Source: an uncultured Gammaproteobacteria bacterium (GTDB lineage Bacteria > Pseudomonadota > Gammaproteobacteria > GCA-001735895). Taken from it: a DNA stretch of 55,394 bases. The notes below the pieces were generated by a model that made no database searches, was not told where the DNA came from, and saw only the letters and a program-made list of their open reading frames with translations. Below are positions 33,429 to 43,237 of this stretch, piece after piece; positions within the stretch are counted from its first letter, which is position 1; every line of letters begins with the position of its first letter. The DNA lies in assembly GCA_963934675.1 (NCBI GenBank), contig CAWVZP010000002.1, forward strand, positions 1 through 55,394, given 5' to 3'. A program made the position numbers and the translations under genes.

Positions 33429-34460
33429 ATGAATAAGCTTACTATTATCAAACCTGACGACTGGCACCTACACTTGCGAGATTCACCCTATCTCGAGACA
33501 ATCGTTGGCGACACGGCCAAGCAATTTGGTCGCGCTATCGTGATGCCAAATTTAAAACCACCTATTACCAATTGCGAACAAGCAGAATTATATCGACACC
33601 GCATTCTCTCTAGCCTGCCCGAGGGCAGTGAGTTTCAACCATTGATGACTCTCTATTTGACTGACAATACTCGTATCGAAGACATTGCTCTCGCCAGTGC
33701 GTCCGATAACGTGTACGCCGCAAAACTCTATCCAGCAGGCGCAACAACCAACTCTGATGCCGGTGTAACCAATATACAAAAAATTTATCCCGTTCTCGAA
33801 GCCATGCAACAACATCAGGTTCCACTGCTCATTCACGGCGAAGCAACTGGCAATCAGGTTGATATTTTTGATCGTGAAAAACACTTTATTGATACAACTA
33901 TGTTAAAAATTAGAGATAGCTTTCCTGAATTAAGAGTTGTTTTTGAGCATATTACAACAAGTGACGCAGTCGATTTTGTAATGGCGCAGGACGATTACGT
34001 TGCAGCCACTATCACACCACATCATTTATTGATTAACCGTAATGCCATGTTTGAAGGTGGCATTCGCCCTCATCATTACTGTTTACCTGTTCCCAAACGT
34101 GAGGATCACCGAGTCGCCTTACTGAGTGCCGCGACAGGTAATTCTGGTCGATTTTTTTCTGGAACCGATAGCGCACCTCACAAACAGACGGAGAAAGAGT
34201 CAGCTTGCGGCTGCGCTGGTATCTATTCCGCGTACTGTGCGATTGAACTGTATGCAGAAGCTTTTGAGTTGATCGGCAATTTTACTAATTTTGAGGCATT
34301 CATGAGTCTAAATGGACCCAATTTTTACCAATTACCCATTAATTCTGAACAAATTATACTAGTAAAATCCGAATGGCAAGTACCGCATACATTAGATTAT
34401 GCTGGTGAACTACTTATTCCGTTTAAAGCCGGTGAAACATTGCAGTGGAGTATTGTTTAA
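33429..34460 (+). CDS. pyrC: dihydroorotase (class II, homodimeric type)
   Basis: DDWHLHLRD metal site, [12 protein letters not shown] carboxylated-Lys region and GTDSAPH. 343 aa. Confidence 0.95.
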   Translation: MNKLTIIKPDDWHLHLRDSPYLETIVGDTAKQFGRAIVMPNLKPPITNCEQAELYRHRILSSLPEGSEFQPLMTLYLTDNTRIEDIALASASDNVYAAKLYPAGATTNSDAGVTNIQKIYPVLEAMQQHQVPLLIHGEATGNQVDIFDREKHFIDTTMLKIRDSFPELRVVFEHITTSDAVDFVMAQDDYVAATITPHHLLINRNAMFEGGIRPHHYCLPVPKREDHRVALLSAATGNSGRFFSGTDSAPHKQTEKESACGCAGIYSAYCAIELYAEAFELIGNFTNFEAFMSLNGPNFYQLPINSEQIILVKSEWQVPHTLDYAGELLIPFKAGETLQWSIV

Positions 34461-34461
34461 T

Positions 34462-35073
34462 ATGAATGACGTCATTGCAATGACAAAAAGATTTCGTGGT
34501 TATATGCCAGTAGTCGTTGATGTAGAAACAGGTGGCTTTAATGAGCAAACCGATGCTCTGCTGCAAATAGCTGCGGTTATTGTAGATATTGATGAACAGG
34601 GTCAATTTTATTGCGCCGAAACTATTACCTGTCACGTCAATCCATTTCCGGGTGCGAATCTTGAGCCAAAATCGATGGAAGTTAACGGTATCGATGTTGA
34701 CCACCCATTTCGGATGGCTATCGATGAAAAACAAGCGTTACCGAAAATTTTTAAACCTATTCGAGAAGCACTAAAAAAACATGGTTGCACTAAGGCCATA
34801 TTGGTTGGCCACAATGCCAATTTTGATTTGAAATTTATCAATATCGCTGCACAGCGCACCGGAATTAAGCGTAATCCATTCCATCCATTTAGCAGTTTTG
34901 ATACGGTAAGTTTGTCTGGCTTGATTTATGGGCAAACCGTATTAGCTAAGTCTGTCCAAGCAGCAGGATTAAAATGGGACTCCAGCGAAGCCCATTCCGC
35001 TATATATGATGCAGAGATCACCGCCGAATTGTTCTGCAAGATTGTGAACGAAACACAATTTATAGGGGCATAA
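34462..35073 (+). CDS. rnt: ribonuclease T
   Basis: DEDDh exonuclease motifs ([26 protein letters not shown]). The ATG at 34462 lies 1 nt after the pyrC stop. The ORF-track upstream extension overlaps pyrC and is not credible. Confidence 0.93.
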   Translation: MNDVIAMTKRFRGYMPVVVDVETGGFNEQTDALLQIAAVIVDIDEQGQFYCAETITCHVNPFPGANLEPKSMEVNGIDVDHPFRMAIDEKQALPKIFKPIREALKKHGCTKAILVGHNANFDLKFINIAAQRTGIKRNPFHPFSSFDTVSLSGLIYGQTVLAKSVQAAGLKWDSSEAHSAIYDAEITAELFCKIVNETQFIGA

Positions 35074-35280
35074 AATCATTTGGAATTGTATGTAGGCCCA
35101 AATGACTATGAAGCCTTAAAGAATCACGAAACCGAAGCTGTCTCCATTACCATGTCGACCTATAATTTGGCATTGAAGCTGTCAGACGTAGATTTAAGCC
35201 GTTGCCATTTCTTGCATTCTAACCGATACATTAAACGATGAGCCACCCATGGTTAGGCACCTAAAAAAAGATTCAAACCA

Positions 35281-35317
35281 AAAAAAACCCTGTCGTGACT
35301 AAACAGGGTTTTAATTT
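35281..35317. terminator. bidirectional intrinsic terminator between rnt (+) and grxD (-)
   Basis: AAAACCCTGT-cgtgactaa-ACAGGGTTTT has a 10-bp stem. An A-run lies upstream and a T-run downstream, so it is U-tailed on both strands. Confidence 0.8.
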
Positions 35318-35351
35318 CTAATCGAAAAGCTCAAAGAACAGTTATTGGAGC

Positions 35352-35678
35352 CTACTGAGCTTTATTTTCAACGGCTTTAGTCGCTATTTTCTGCAGATCA
35401 CCTGATGCGTGCATCTCTAATGTGATGTCACAGCCACCAATCAGTTCACCGTCAACATAAACTTGTGGGAATGTTGGCCAATCCGCGAATCGCGGTAGGT
35501 TCTGAAAGACCTCTGGGTCAGACAATACATTCACGTAAGCAAACTCAACTTCAAGCGACTTAAGCGCCTCTACTGTCCGGCTCGAAAATCCACACTGTGG
35601 CAACTGAGGCGTGCCTTTCATATAAATCAATACGGCATGCCCGTCAACTTGTTGCTTGATACGCTCTAAAATGTCCAT
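35352..35678 (-). CDS. grxD: monothiol glutaredoxin Grx4/GrxD
   Basis: CGFS active site (PQCGFSSR) and the WPTFPQVYVDGELIGGCD motif. 108 aa. Confidence 0.95.
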   Translation of the reverse strand: MDILERIKQQVDGHAVLIYMKGTPQLPQCGFSSRTVEALKSLEVEFAYVNVLSDPEVFQNLPRFADWPTFPQVYVDGELIGGCDITLEMHASGDLQKIATKAVENKAQ

Positions 35679-35782
35679 CTGAAATCCTCTGAGTAGCTAA
35701 ATAATAACTGACTAAAATAGTGGGTTATTATCATAACTGGTTTTCTGACTGATTAAAATCAGAGTAACAAACTATTTACTAA

Positions 35783-37552
35783 CTATATTTGTTGCTGCAA
35801 CCAATACTCTAGCAATGCACAATGCCATAGCTTGCTGCCATTAAGCCGAGTAAAATGCTTTTCAGGCTCCTGCAGTAGCTTGTCTACATACTTGCGGTTA
35901 AAAATACCACGCTCCAAACTGGCTTGGCTTTTCAACGTATCAGCCATGAAGTCGTAAAAATCACCTCTGACATATTTTAATGCTGGCATCGGGAAGTAGC
36001 CTTTTGGGCGGTCAATAACCGCGTCAGGAATTCGACCGCGTGCGATTTCCTTCAAAATACCTTTGCCACCATGCTTAAGCTTTAACTCGGGTGGGCAAGC
36101 AGCCGCTAATTCGACCAACTCATGATCTAAAAATGGGACTCTAGCCTCCAGACCCCAAGCCATAGTCATATTGTCTACTCGTTTGACTGGGTCATCAACA
36201 ACTAATGTGGTTGTGTCGAATCGTAATACCGCATCCATGAAGGTATCGGCATGTTCGGTTTCAAGCTGTTTCTCAATAAGTGTCGACGTATGGTCTTCAC
36301 CCCGATAGGCATCGTCTACGGTTTCACAGAATTCGTCGTGATCACGATCAACATAATTCGATGCAAATCGTTGTAATGACGACCCAGAGGCTGCGCGCAT
36401 TCGTTCGTACCAAAAATAACCGGCAAACACCTCGTCAGCACCCTGCCCGCTTTGTACGACCTTAACCGATTTCGATACCTGTTCAGACAGTAGATAAAAC
36501 GCCACTGAATCTTGACCTACCATAGGTTCTGCCATGGCCCGAACTGCCTCGGGGAGTCTTGTGAGAACCTCTGCATTTGGAATTAAAAATTTATGATGAT
36601 CAGTATCATATCGTTTAGCAACTGGATCAGAAAATTCAAACTCATTGCCTTTTTCCTCCGGTTGGTCTTCAAAACCAATACTAAAGGTTTTAATTTTACC
36701 GACTCCCGCTTCATCTAATAAAGCAACCAGTAGACTGGAATCGAGTCCACCTGATAGCAATACACCAACGGGGACATCAGCAATCATTATTCGTTTTTTC
36801 ACTGCGCTCAACAACGCAGAATGAATTGCCTCATTCCAGTCTTGTGATGATAGTTCCGGTTGCTCTCGTTTAGCCGACAAAATCCAATAGCGGTTTTGCG
36901 ACAATACACCATCGACACCAATTTGCATTTGGCAAGCTGGTTTACATTTTCGAATACCTTTAAATAAAGTTCGAGGGGCAGGAATGACAGCATGCAGGCT
37001 TAGTTGATGATGTAAACTGACCGGATCGATTGAGGTATCGCACTGCCCAGTAGCGAGCAATGCCTGTGGGTTTGAAGCGAAGTAAAACGCAGTCGAAGTT
37101 TTAGCAAAATACAGCGGTTTAATGCCAAGACGATCCCGCGCCAGAAAAAGGCTTTGCCGAAGCTTATCCCAGATGGCAAACGCGAACATCCCGGTTAATT
37201 TTTCGCTACATTGTTCACCCCAGCAAGCATAAGCATTGAGGATAACCTCAGTATCACTGTTTGATTGAAACTGATAGCCCTTGATGAGTAACTGCTCACG
37301 AAGCTCTGGATAATTATAAATAGTGCCATTAAAAACAATGCTGTACCTCTGCTGGACATCATGCATCGGTTGGTGACCTGCAGACGATAAATCGATAATC
37401 GACAATCGGCGATGCCCAAGCATTACGGGGCCATCGAACCATTCACCTTTATCATCGGGTCCACGGCGGGCAACTTTATCTGACATCGCTTGAGCCAGCC
37501 TTTTATCAATGCCCTGACTGGTAAAACTCAAAGCTCCAAACAAACCACACAT
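35783..37552 (-). CDS. asparagine synthase (glutamine-hydrolysing) family amidotransferase
   Basis: MCG N-terminal nucleophile Cys2 (Ntn glutaminase domain), the SGGLDSS PP-loop and 589 aa. Subfamily is not resolvable by eye (AsnB versus AsnO/NAGGN-type), and no ngg-like partner gene is adjacent. Confidence 0.85.
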   Translation of the reverse strand: MCGLFGALSFTSQGIDKRLAQAMSDKVARRGPDDKGEWFDGPVMLGHRRLSIIDLSSAGHQPMHDVQQRYSIVFNGTIYNYPELREQLLIKGYQFQSNSDTEVILNAYACWGEQCSEKLTGMFAFAIWDKLRQSLFLARDRLGIKPLYFAKTSTAFYFASNPQALLATGQCDTSIDPVSLHHQLSLHAVIPAPRTLFKGIRKCKPACQMQIGVDGVLSQNRYWILSAKREQPELSSQDWNEAIHSALLSAVKKRIMIADVPVGVLLSGGLDSSLLVALLDEAGVGKIKTFSIGFEDQPEEKGNEFEFSDPVAKRYDTDHHKFLIPNAEVLTRLPEAVRAMAEPMVGQDSVAFYLLSEQVSKSVKVVQSGQGADEVFAGYFWYERMRAASGSSLQRFASNYVDRDHDEFCETVDDAYRGEDHTSTLIEKQLETEHADTFMDAVLRFDTTTLVVDDPVKRVDNMTMAWGLEARVPFLDHELVELAAACPPELKLKHGGKGILKEIARGRIPDAVIDRPKGYFPMPALKYVRGDFYDFMADTLKSQASLERGIFNRKYVDKLLQEPEKHFTRLNGSKLWHCALLEYWLQQQI

Positions 37553-37668
37553 ATAACCTCACAAAATATGGGTAAAATTCCCAATTATCTTAAATAAATT
37601 TAACCGGTGTAATATTGCCTGATTGCACCGCCTAGCTAATGACCTTATACTTTTAAAGGGTAAGAGTC

Positions 37669-37712
37669 GTTGCGATATCATCTGGTTCAGGACATATCGC
37701 AACTTATTTTTA
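37669..37712 (+). promoter_or_regulatory. terminator-like hairpin in the 5' leader of the 37738 membrane-protein gene
   Basis: GTTGCGATAT-15 nt-ATATCGCAAC has a 10-bp perfect stem and is followed by TTATTTTTA. It lies 25-35 nt upstream of the ATG, and no upstream plus-strand gene is present for it to terminate. Confidence 0.4.
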
Positions 37713-37737
37713 AAACAATAAACTTCAGGAACCTCCA

Positions 37738-38334
37738 ATGAACCCGCTAAAATCTATCATCGGCAGCATTGTGTCTGGTGTTGTCATCTCTGTCATCCTC
37801 ATATTGGTTTATAAAGATGGTGTCAGTCACTCAGGTGGAATGACAGTCTGGGTACATGCCTTGGCAGGTGTTACCTGGGTAGGCCTACTATATTATTTCA
37901 ATTTTGTTCAGTTACCGGGTGTAGCGCAGGCACTCGGGGAAGCTAAAGACGGAGGTCCGGGTGCAGCAGGCATCAATAAGTACATCGCACCTCGTGCGTT
38001 ATTGTGGTTTCGTTGGGGCTCTATAGTAACTTGGTTAAGTGGCGCTTCATTGCTCGCTCAATACGGTATTCTTGGTGATGCTTTCATGCTTAAAGGTGGT
38101 GCGGCTGTCATCGGCATTGGCGCGTGGATGGGCACTATCATGCTGTTTAATGTTTGGGTATTAATTTGGCCAAATCAAAAGAAAATTTTAGGGCTTGATG
38201 GAAAAACTCACGACCCTGCAGTGATTGCCAAAGCTAAATGGGTTGGATTAATGGCTTCACGGGTTAATGTGGTTTTATCTATTCCAATGTTGTTAGCAAT
38301 GACTGCCTATGGACATGGTGGCTTGCCATTCTAA
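37738..38334 (+). CDS. conserved integral membrane protein, function unknown (about 5 TM helices)
   Basis: 198 aa with SD GGAACCTCC upstream and five hydrophobic segments. The motif HALAGVTWVGLLYYFNFVQ is faintly reminiscent of the membrane domain of PuuD-type urate hydroxylases, but no cytochrome c domain is present. Confidence 0.6.
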   Translation: MNPLKSIIGSIVSGVVISVILILVYKDGVSHSGGMTVWVHALAGVTWVGLLYYFNFVQLPGVAQALGEAKDGGPGAAGINKYIAPRALLWFRWGSIVTWLSGASLLAQYGILGDAFMLKGGAAVIGIGAWMGTIMLFNVWVLIWPNQKKILGLDGKTHDPAVIAKAKWVGLMASRVNVVLSIPMLLAMTAYGHGGLPF

Positions 38335-38470
38335 GCACTGCTATTCGCTTCCGATAAGACGCCATTAAAAACGCCGAAAAAGTTGAGTTTTTAACTAATA
38401 CAATCATAAATAGCTTGAATTCACTTTAAATAAGCGTAGATTTGATCGTTTTTTTTAAGCAGCGATTGTT

Positions 38471-39658
38471 ATGTCTGAGCACTTAGTCAAAGCCTATAAC
38501 TCTTTATCGACCAGTTTCACCCATGGTGATGGCATTTACTTGTGGGACACAGAAAAAAGGCGTTATCTCGACGCACTTTGTGGTATTTCAGTCACCAATT
38601 TAGGTCACAATCATCCAGATGTGACAGAAGCGATTCAAAAACAGGCTTCGACACTGCTCCATACTTCCAATATTTATGCAATTGAATGGCAGCAAAAGCT
38701 GGCTAACCTGATCTGTCAGCTATCAGGCATGGATCGGGTGTTCTTTGGTAATTCTGGCGCTGAGGCAAACGAAGCCGCGATCAAGATTGCGCGGCTATAT
38801 GGCCATCAACAGAGTAATAATGATCCCCATATTATTGTCATGGATAACAGTTTTCATGGTCGTACGATGGCTACTTTAAGTGCTTCAGGTAGCAGGAAGG
38901 TTCAAGCTGGTTTTGAGCCACTGCTATCCGGCTTCGTTCGCGCCCCTTATAACGATATCGAATCAATTCAGTTTATTGCAAGAAATAACCAAAAAGTTGT
39001 TGCCATTCTGGTTGAGCCAGTTCAAGGAGAAGGTGGCATTATCGTACCTGACAGCGGCTATATTGAAGCACTTCGCCTTATTTGTAATGAAAATAATTGG
39101 TTGCTAATGCTGGATGAAGTCCAATCAGGCATTGCGCGAAGCGGCCAGATGTTTGCATTTCAACACACTAATATTATCCCAGACGTCCTAACTTTAGCTA
39201 AAGCACTCGGAAATGGTGTTCCTATCGGCGCCTGCGTTACCAAGGGGAAAGCCGCCGAAGTGATTCAACCAGGTAATCATGGCTCTACTTTTGGTGGCAA
39301 TCCTCTAGCCTGTCGTGCTGGATATGCTGTACTGGAGAGCATTCAAAAAAACAACATCTTAGATAATGTCATAAAAAGAAGTGAACAGCTGGTATCGATT
39401 TTAAAACGTGGTTTAGCGAACCATGCTGATCTCAAGGAGGTTAGAAACCTAGGCTTACTCATAGGCATTGAAATGAAATGCAATTACCAGGCTTTTGTAA
39501 TGCATGCGTTGCAGCGAGGTTTACTTTTAAACGTAACTGCCGAAAAAGTCATTCGCCTATTACCACCGCTGATATTAAACAAAAAACAAACTGAAGATAT
39601 GGCACAGCAGATAATAGACTGCATTCACTCTTTTGAATCCACAAAAACGAGCACTTAG
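38471..39658 (+). CDS. argD: acetylornithine aminotransferase (class III PLP aminotransferase)
   Basis: [36 protein letters not shown] (PLP Lys) and [10 protein letters not shown] motifs. Lies immediately upstream of argF. Confidence 0.9.
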   Translation: MSEHLVKAYNSLSTSFTHGDGIYLWDTEKRRYLDALCGISVTNLGHNHPDVTEAIQKQASTLLHTSNIYAIEWQQKLANLICQLSGMDRVFFGNSGAEANEAAIKIARLYGHQQSNNDPHIIVMDNSFHGRTMATLSASGSRKVQAGFEPLLSGFVRAPYNDIESIQFIARNNQKVVAILVEPVQGEGGIIVPDSGYIEALRLICNENNWLLMLDEVQSGIARSGQMFAFQHTNIIPDVLTLAKALGNGVPIGACVTKGKAAEVIQPGNHGSTFGGNPLACRAGYAVLESIQKNNILDNVIKRSEQLVSILKRGLANHADLKEVRNLGLLIGIEMKCNYQAFVMHALQRGLLLNVTAEKVIRLLPPLILNKKQTEDMAQQIIDCIHSFESTKTST

Positions 39659-39660
39659 CC

Positions 39661-40563
39661 ATGAAAACTCGACATTTTTTAAGCCTGTTAGATTTCAGCA
39701 CCGATGAGTTACACGAATTGTTACATCACGCCATTGATGTTAAGAAGCGACTTAAACAGGGTATTTTACACACGCCATTGACTGGTAAAGTGATGGCCAT
39801 GATTTTTGAGAAATCGTCAACTAGGACTCGGGTTTCTTTTGAAGCAGGCATGAGCCAGCTCGGTGGACACGCTATGTTTCTGTCCCCAAAAGATATTCAG
39901 TTAGGTCGCGGCGAACCGATTGAAGACAGCGCACGCGTAATTTCAAGCATGGTCGATATCATTATGATGCGGACCTTTGGCCACGACAGATTGCAAACGA
40001 TCACCGATCATTCTTCAAGCCCTGTAATCAATGGCTTAACTGACTATGTTCATCCCTGCCAACTGCTGGCTGATATGCAAACCTGGTTTGAGCTGCGCGG
40101 CGATATTAAGGGTGCTACGGTAGCATGGATTGGTGACGGCAATAATATGTGCCATTCATATATCAATGCCGCAATTCAATTCGGCTTTACCTTAAATATT
40201 GGTTGCCCAGAGGGTTACCAGCCCAATGATGATTTAGTAAAAAGTGGCGGTAATCAAGTGCACATTTTTAACAGCGTCAGTGAAGCTAGTAAAAATGTTG
40301 ATTTAATTGTCACCGACGTCTGGGCTAGCATGGGGCAAGAGCAAGAGCAAAAAAATCGCGAATTAGCATTTACCCCTTTCCAAGTATCGAAATTGACGAT
40401 GCAATGCGCCGATAAGGACGCTTTATTTATGCACTGCCTGCCAGCTCATCGGGGAGAAGAGGTATCAGCGGATGTTATAGACGGCAAACAAAGTGTTGTT
40501 TGGCAAGAAGCCGAAAATCGCTTACACGCTCAGAAATCTCTAATAGAAATGTTACTGAAGTAA
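39661..40563 (+). CDS. argF: ornithine carbamoyltransferase
   Basis: SSTRTR carbamoyl-phosphate site, HPCQLLAD and the [10 protein letters not shown] ornithine-binding motif. Confidence 0.95.
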   Translation: MKTRHFLSLLDFSTDELHELLHHAIDVKKRLKQGILHTPLTGKVMAMIFEKSSTRTRVSFEAGMSQLGGHAMFLSPKDIQLGRGEPIEDSARVISSMVDIIMMRTFGHDRLQTITDHSSSPVINGLTDYVHPCQLLADMQTWFELRGDIKGATVAWIGDGNNMCHSYINAAIQFGFTLNIGCPEGYQPNDDLVKSGGNQVHIFNSVSEASKNVDLIVTDVWASMGQEQEQKNRELAFTPFQVSKLTMQCADKDALFMHCLPAHRGEEVSADVIDGKQSVVWQEAENRLHAQKSLIEMLLK

Positions 40564-40570
40564 CGGTTAA

Positions 40571-41770
40571 TTAATTAATTACTTCTATTCGATCATGTCC
40601 TTTATTTTTTGCTACTTTAAGTGCTGCGTCAGCCTTTGCTAATAAAATCCGCGTGGATGATTGGCTAGTGACTTGTTGACAACTTACTCCAACACTAACG
40701 GTTAGATAAGGCGCCCTTCTTGATTTGGCGTGTTCGATTTTCTCTGCTTTCAGCGCCTGAGTCACTTTGGTGATAAAACGCTGGGCTTTTTCACTGCTAG
40801 TATTAGGTAAAATGTAGGCGAATTCAGCACCATTTAACCGGGCTAATAGCTGATCTTTATGCGAAATTTCAGACATGAGTATTCTTGCGACCTGATACAG
40901 GTTTTTATCTCCCTGCTCGCTACCATAGTAAGCATTGTATTCATGATAATAATCAATATTTAGCCTGACTAGTGCGACTTGTATATCCGAGCCTCTATTT
41001 TGACTCCAAATTTCTTCGAGGCTTATACGGAACGCACGGTAGTTGGAAGCACCCGTCAATTCGTCTGTAATCGAAATTTTCTCCAAAGCCTTATTGGTAT
41101 TCGATATTGAGGAAATGAGGCGCTGTAAATCGTCGACCAACATCGCATTGTCGAACCGATAATAGAGCGCATCATTAATTAAAATATTCATTCTCTTTAC
41201 GCCGCTTGAATAGGCCACCATCATAAAAAGATAGAGGAAACCTAAAATATAGCCATCCAGCGTATGGTGAAAGAACAGCCAGATCGTAATTGGCAGCATG
41301 ATGGTGACTAGGTAAGCAATGTAAATCTTCAACGAAGTGGACAGGTAAGCGATTCCGCCAGCGCCCATCCCTAACAACAATGAGTGCAAAATAAATTGAA
41401 CGTTAGTCGTCACATAAGGCATGAGTAACACGGCACCGCAACCTTGCATAATCCCCGATGCTAACACGCCAATAAAAAACCGGTTGTGCCATTGCTGATG
41501 GGGAAAGTAGTTTTTATTGTCTATCAACAAAAAGCGGCATAACAAAATGTACCTACCTGTCAGTATTAGGCTAAACGCAACAAACCAACCCAACACCCAG
41601 TGCTCTCTACCCTGTATTGATAACTCTAAGTAAGCCAGTCCAGAACCTACGCTAGAAATAAATAACGTAATTAGCATGCCAATAGTGGCACGCTCATACA
41701 AAAAGTTAACGACTTCCTGATGCTGTAAGTGATCGCTGCTTATCTCATCGTTTTTGTTAGAAAAACTCAT
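40571..41770 (-). CDS. membrane protein with a degenerate GGDEF domain (probably not an active diguanylate cyclase)
   Basis: N-terminal region of about 190 aa with 6-7 TM helices, a coiled linker, then a GGDEF fold (DELTGASNYRAF ... NIDYYHEYNAYYGSEQGD ... RLNGAEFAYILP). The signature reads NGAEF instead of GG(D/E)EF. Confidence 0.8.
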   Translation of the reverse strand: MSFSNKNDEISSDHLQHQEVVNFLYERATIGMLITLFISSVGSGLAYLELSIQGREHWVLGWFVAFSLILTGRYILLCRFLLIDNKNYFPHQQWHNRFFIGVLASGIMQGCGAVLLMPYVTTNVQFILHSLLLGMGAGGIAYLSTSLKIYIAYLVTIMLPITIWLFFHHTLDGYILGFLYLFMMVAYSSGVKRMNILINDALYYRFDNAMLVDDLQRLISSISNTNKALEKISITDELTGASNYRAFRISLEEIWSQNRGSDIQVALVRLNIDYYHEYNAYYGSEQGDKNLYQVARILMSEISHKDQLLARLNGAEFAYILPNTSSEKAQRFITKVTQALKAEKIEHAKSRRAPYLTVSVGVSCQQVTSQSSTRILLAKADAALKVAKNKGHDRIEVIN

Positions 41771-41894
41771 ATTTAAATTCCTTTTATGATGATATTTTTA
41801 AGCATTGAGATCAACTATACAACTAGCCTGACACAGAAGGTTAAGATGGTATAGTATATTTGAATCAAGCAGTTAGTTGGAAACTTTGAGATTG

Positions 41895-43193
41895 ATGAGC
41901 ACTAATCAAGAATACGTTCAATGGTTTAGGGGCGCAGCCCCATATATTAAGGCTCATCGCAAGAAGGCCTTTGTCATTCTTATTTCGGATGAATTTATTC
42001 AGTCCGATCATTTTATTGGGTTGATTCATGATATCGCACTACTCAATCATCTGGGTATCAAACTGGTTATTCTCCATGGAAGCCGTGGTAAGATTGATCA
42101 GCATTTGGCAAAGAACAACATAAGCTCAAAGTTTAACCAAAACGTTCGAATCAGCGATGTTGAATCCCTACCTTATATCATTCAGGCTATCAATGAAGTA
42201 AAAACTAAGATTGAATCTCATTTATCCATGGGATTACCAAATACACCCATGTCTGGGTCAGAGATTTCTCTGGTGAGTGGTAACTTTGTTACGGGTATGC
42301 CACTCGGCATCATCAATGGCGTTGATATGCAACATTCAGGAAAAGTTAGAGAGATTAAGCATCAAGTAATTGAATCATTACTCGACCAAAATCATGTCAT
42401 CTTGCTGTCCAATATTGGTTACTCTCGTACCGGTGAAGTTTTTAATTTACCAGCAGAAGAGCTTGCGAGAGAAGTAGCGAAGTCGATCAACGCTGATAAA
42501 CTCATATTTATTCATCACCATCAGTGGCAAAAAACGCTCGCAGATACGTTATCAACTAATGAGTGTGACACGTTAATTCAGGCAACAGATACGCCTTATG
42601 ATTTAAAGCATCTACTAAATAATGCCGTGCAAGCCGTTAAATCGAATGTCAAACGAGTTCATATCATCGACCAATTAGTCGATGGCGGTCTGCTATTGGA
42701 ACTCTTCACTCGAAACGGTTGTGGCACTATGGTGACCAATCTATTTTATGAAGGCATACGTGCAGCAAATATTGAAGATATTGGTGGCATACTCGGTTTG
42801 ATTAGCCCATTAGAATCTGCCGGTATTTTGGTCGAAAGATCGCGCGAGCAACTGGAATTAGAATTAGGTTTTTTTCATGTGATCGAAAAAGATGGCATGA
42901 TTATCGGCTGCATTGCCTGCATCCCAAGTCCCGAGTACCATGTGGCAGAGATTGCCTGTCTAGCGGTTCATGATGAATATCGGCGCTCAGGATTTGGTGA
43001 GCAGTTATTGCAGGTTGCAGAGCTTCAGGCCTCTCAGTATGGCATTACCCAAATCTACACTCTAACAACGCGAACTTCGCACTGGTTTATCGAGCACGGT
43101 TATGAGGAAAACACATCATTCAAACTGCCACCCCATAAATTGACTCAGTATAATCAACAGCGGCGTTCGAAAGTTCTACTTAAAGAATTTTAA
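41895..43193 (+). CDS. argA: amino-acid N-acetyltransferase (N-acetylglutamate synthase)
   Basis: N-terminal amino-acid-kinase fold (FRGAAPYIKAHRKKAFVI...LVILHG) fused to a C-terminal GNAT domain (LAVHDEYRRSGFGEQLL). I prefer the ATG at 41895. The ORF-track TTG is at 41877. Confidence 0.9.
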   Translation: MSTNQEYVQWFRGAAPYIKAHRKKAFVILISDEFIQSDHFIGLIHDIALLNHLGIKLVILHGSRGKIDQHLAKNNISSKFNQNVRISDVESLPYIIQAINEVKTKIESHLSMGLPNTPMSGSEISLVSGNFVTGMPLGIINGVDMQHSGKVREIKHQVIESLLDQNHVILLSNIGYSRTGEVFNLPAEELAREVAKSINADKLIFIHHHQWQKTLADTLSTNECDTLIQATDTPYDLKHLLNNAVQAVKSNVKRVHIIDQLVDGGLLLELFTRNGCGTMVTNLFYEGIRAANIEDIGGILGLISPLESAGILVERSREQLELELGFFHVIEKDGMIIGCIACIPSPEYHVAEIACLAVHDEYRRSGFGEQLLQVAELQASQYGITQIYTLTTRTSHWFIEHGYEENTSFKLPPHKLTQYNQQRRSKVLLKEF

Positions 43194-43237
43194 CTTATTT
43201 AACTAACCTATTCTCATCAACAATATAATCATTACTC

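Noticed and set aside
37600-37660. Fluoride (crcB-motif) or purine riboswitch in the leader of the 37738 gene. CACCGCC...AGCTAATGACC vaguely recalls the AACCGCC...CUGAUGAU segments.
   Set aside because: The 5' GGxGAUGG..UUC hairpin loop and the internal hairpin of the fluoride motif are absent. None of the purine-riboswitch junction motifs are present. The downstream gene is neither crcB/eriC nor a clear purine gene.
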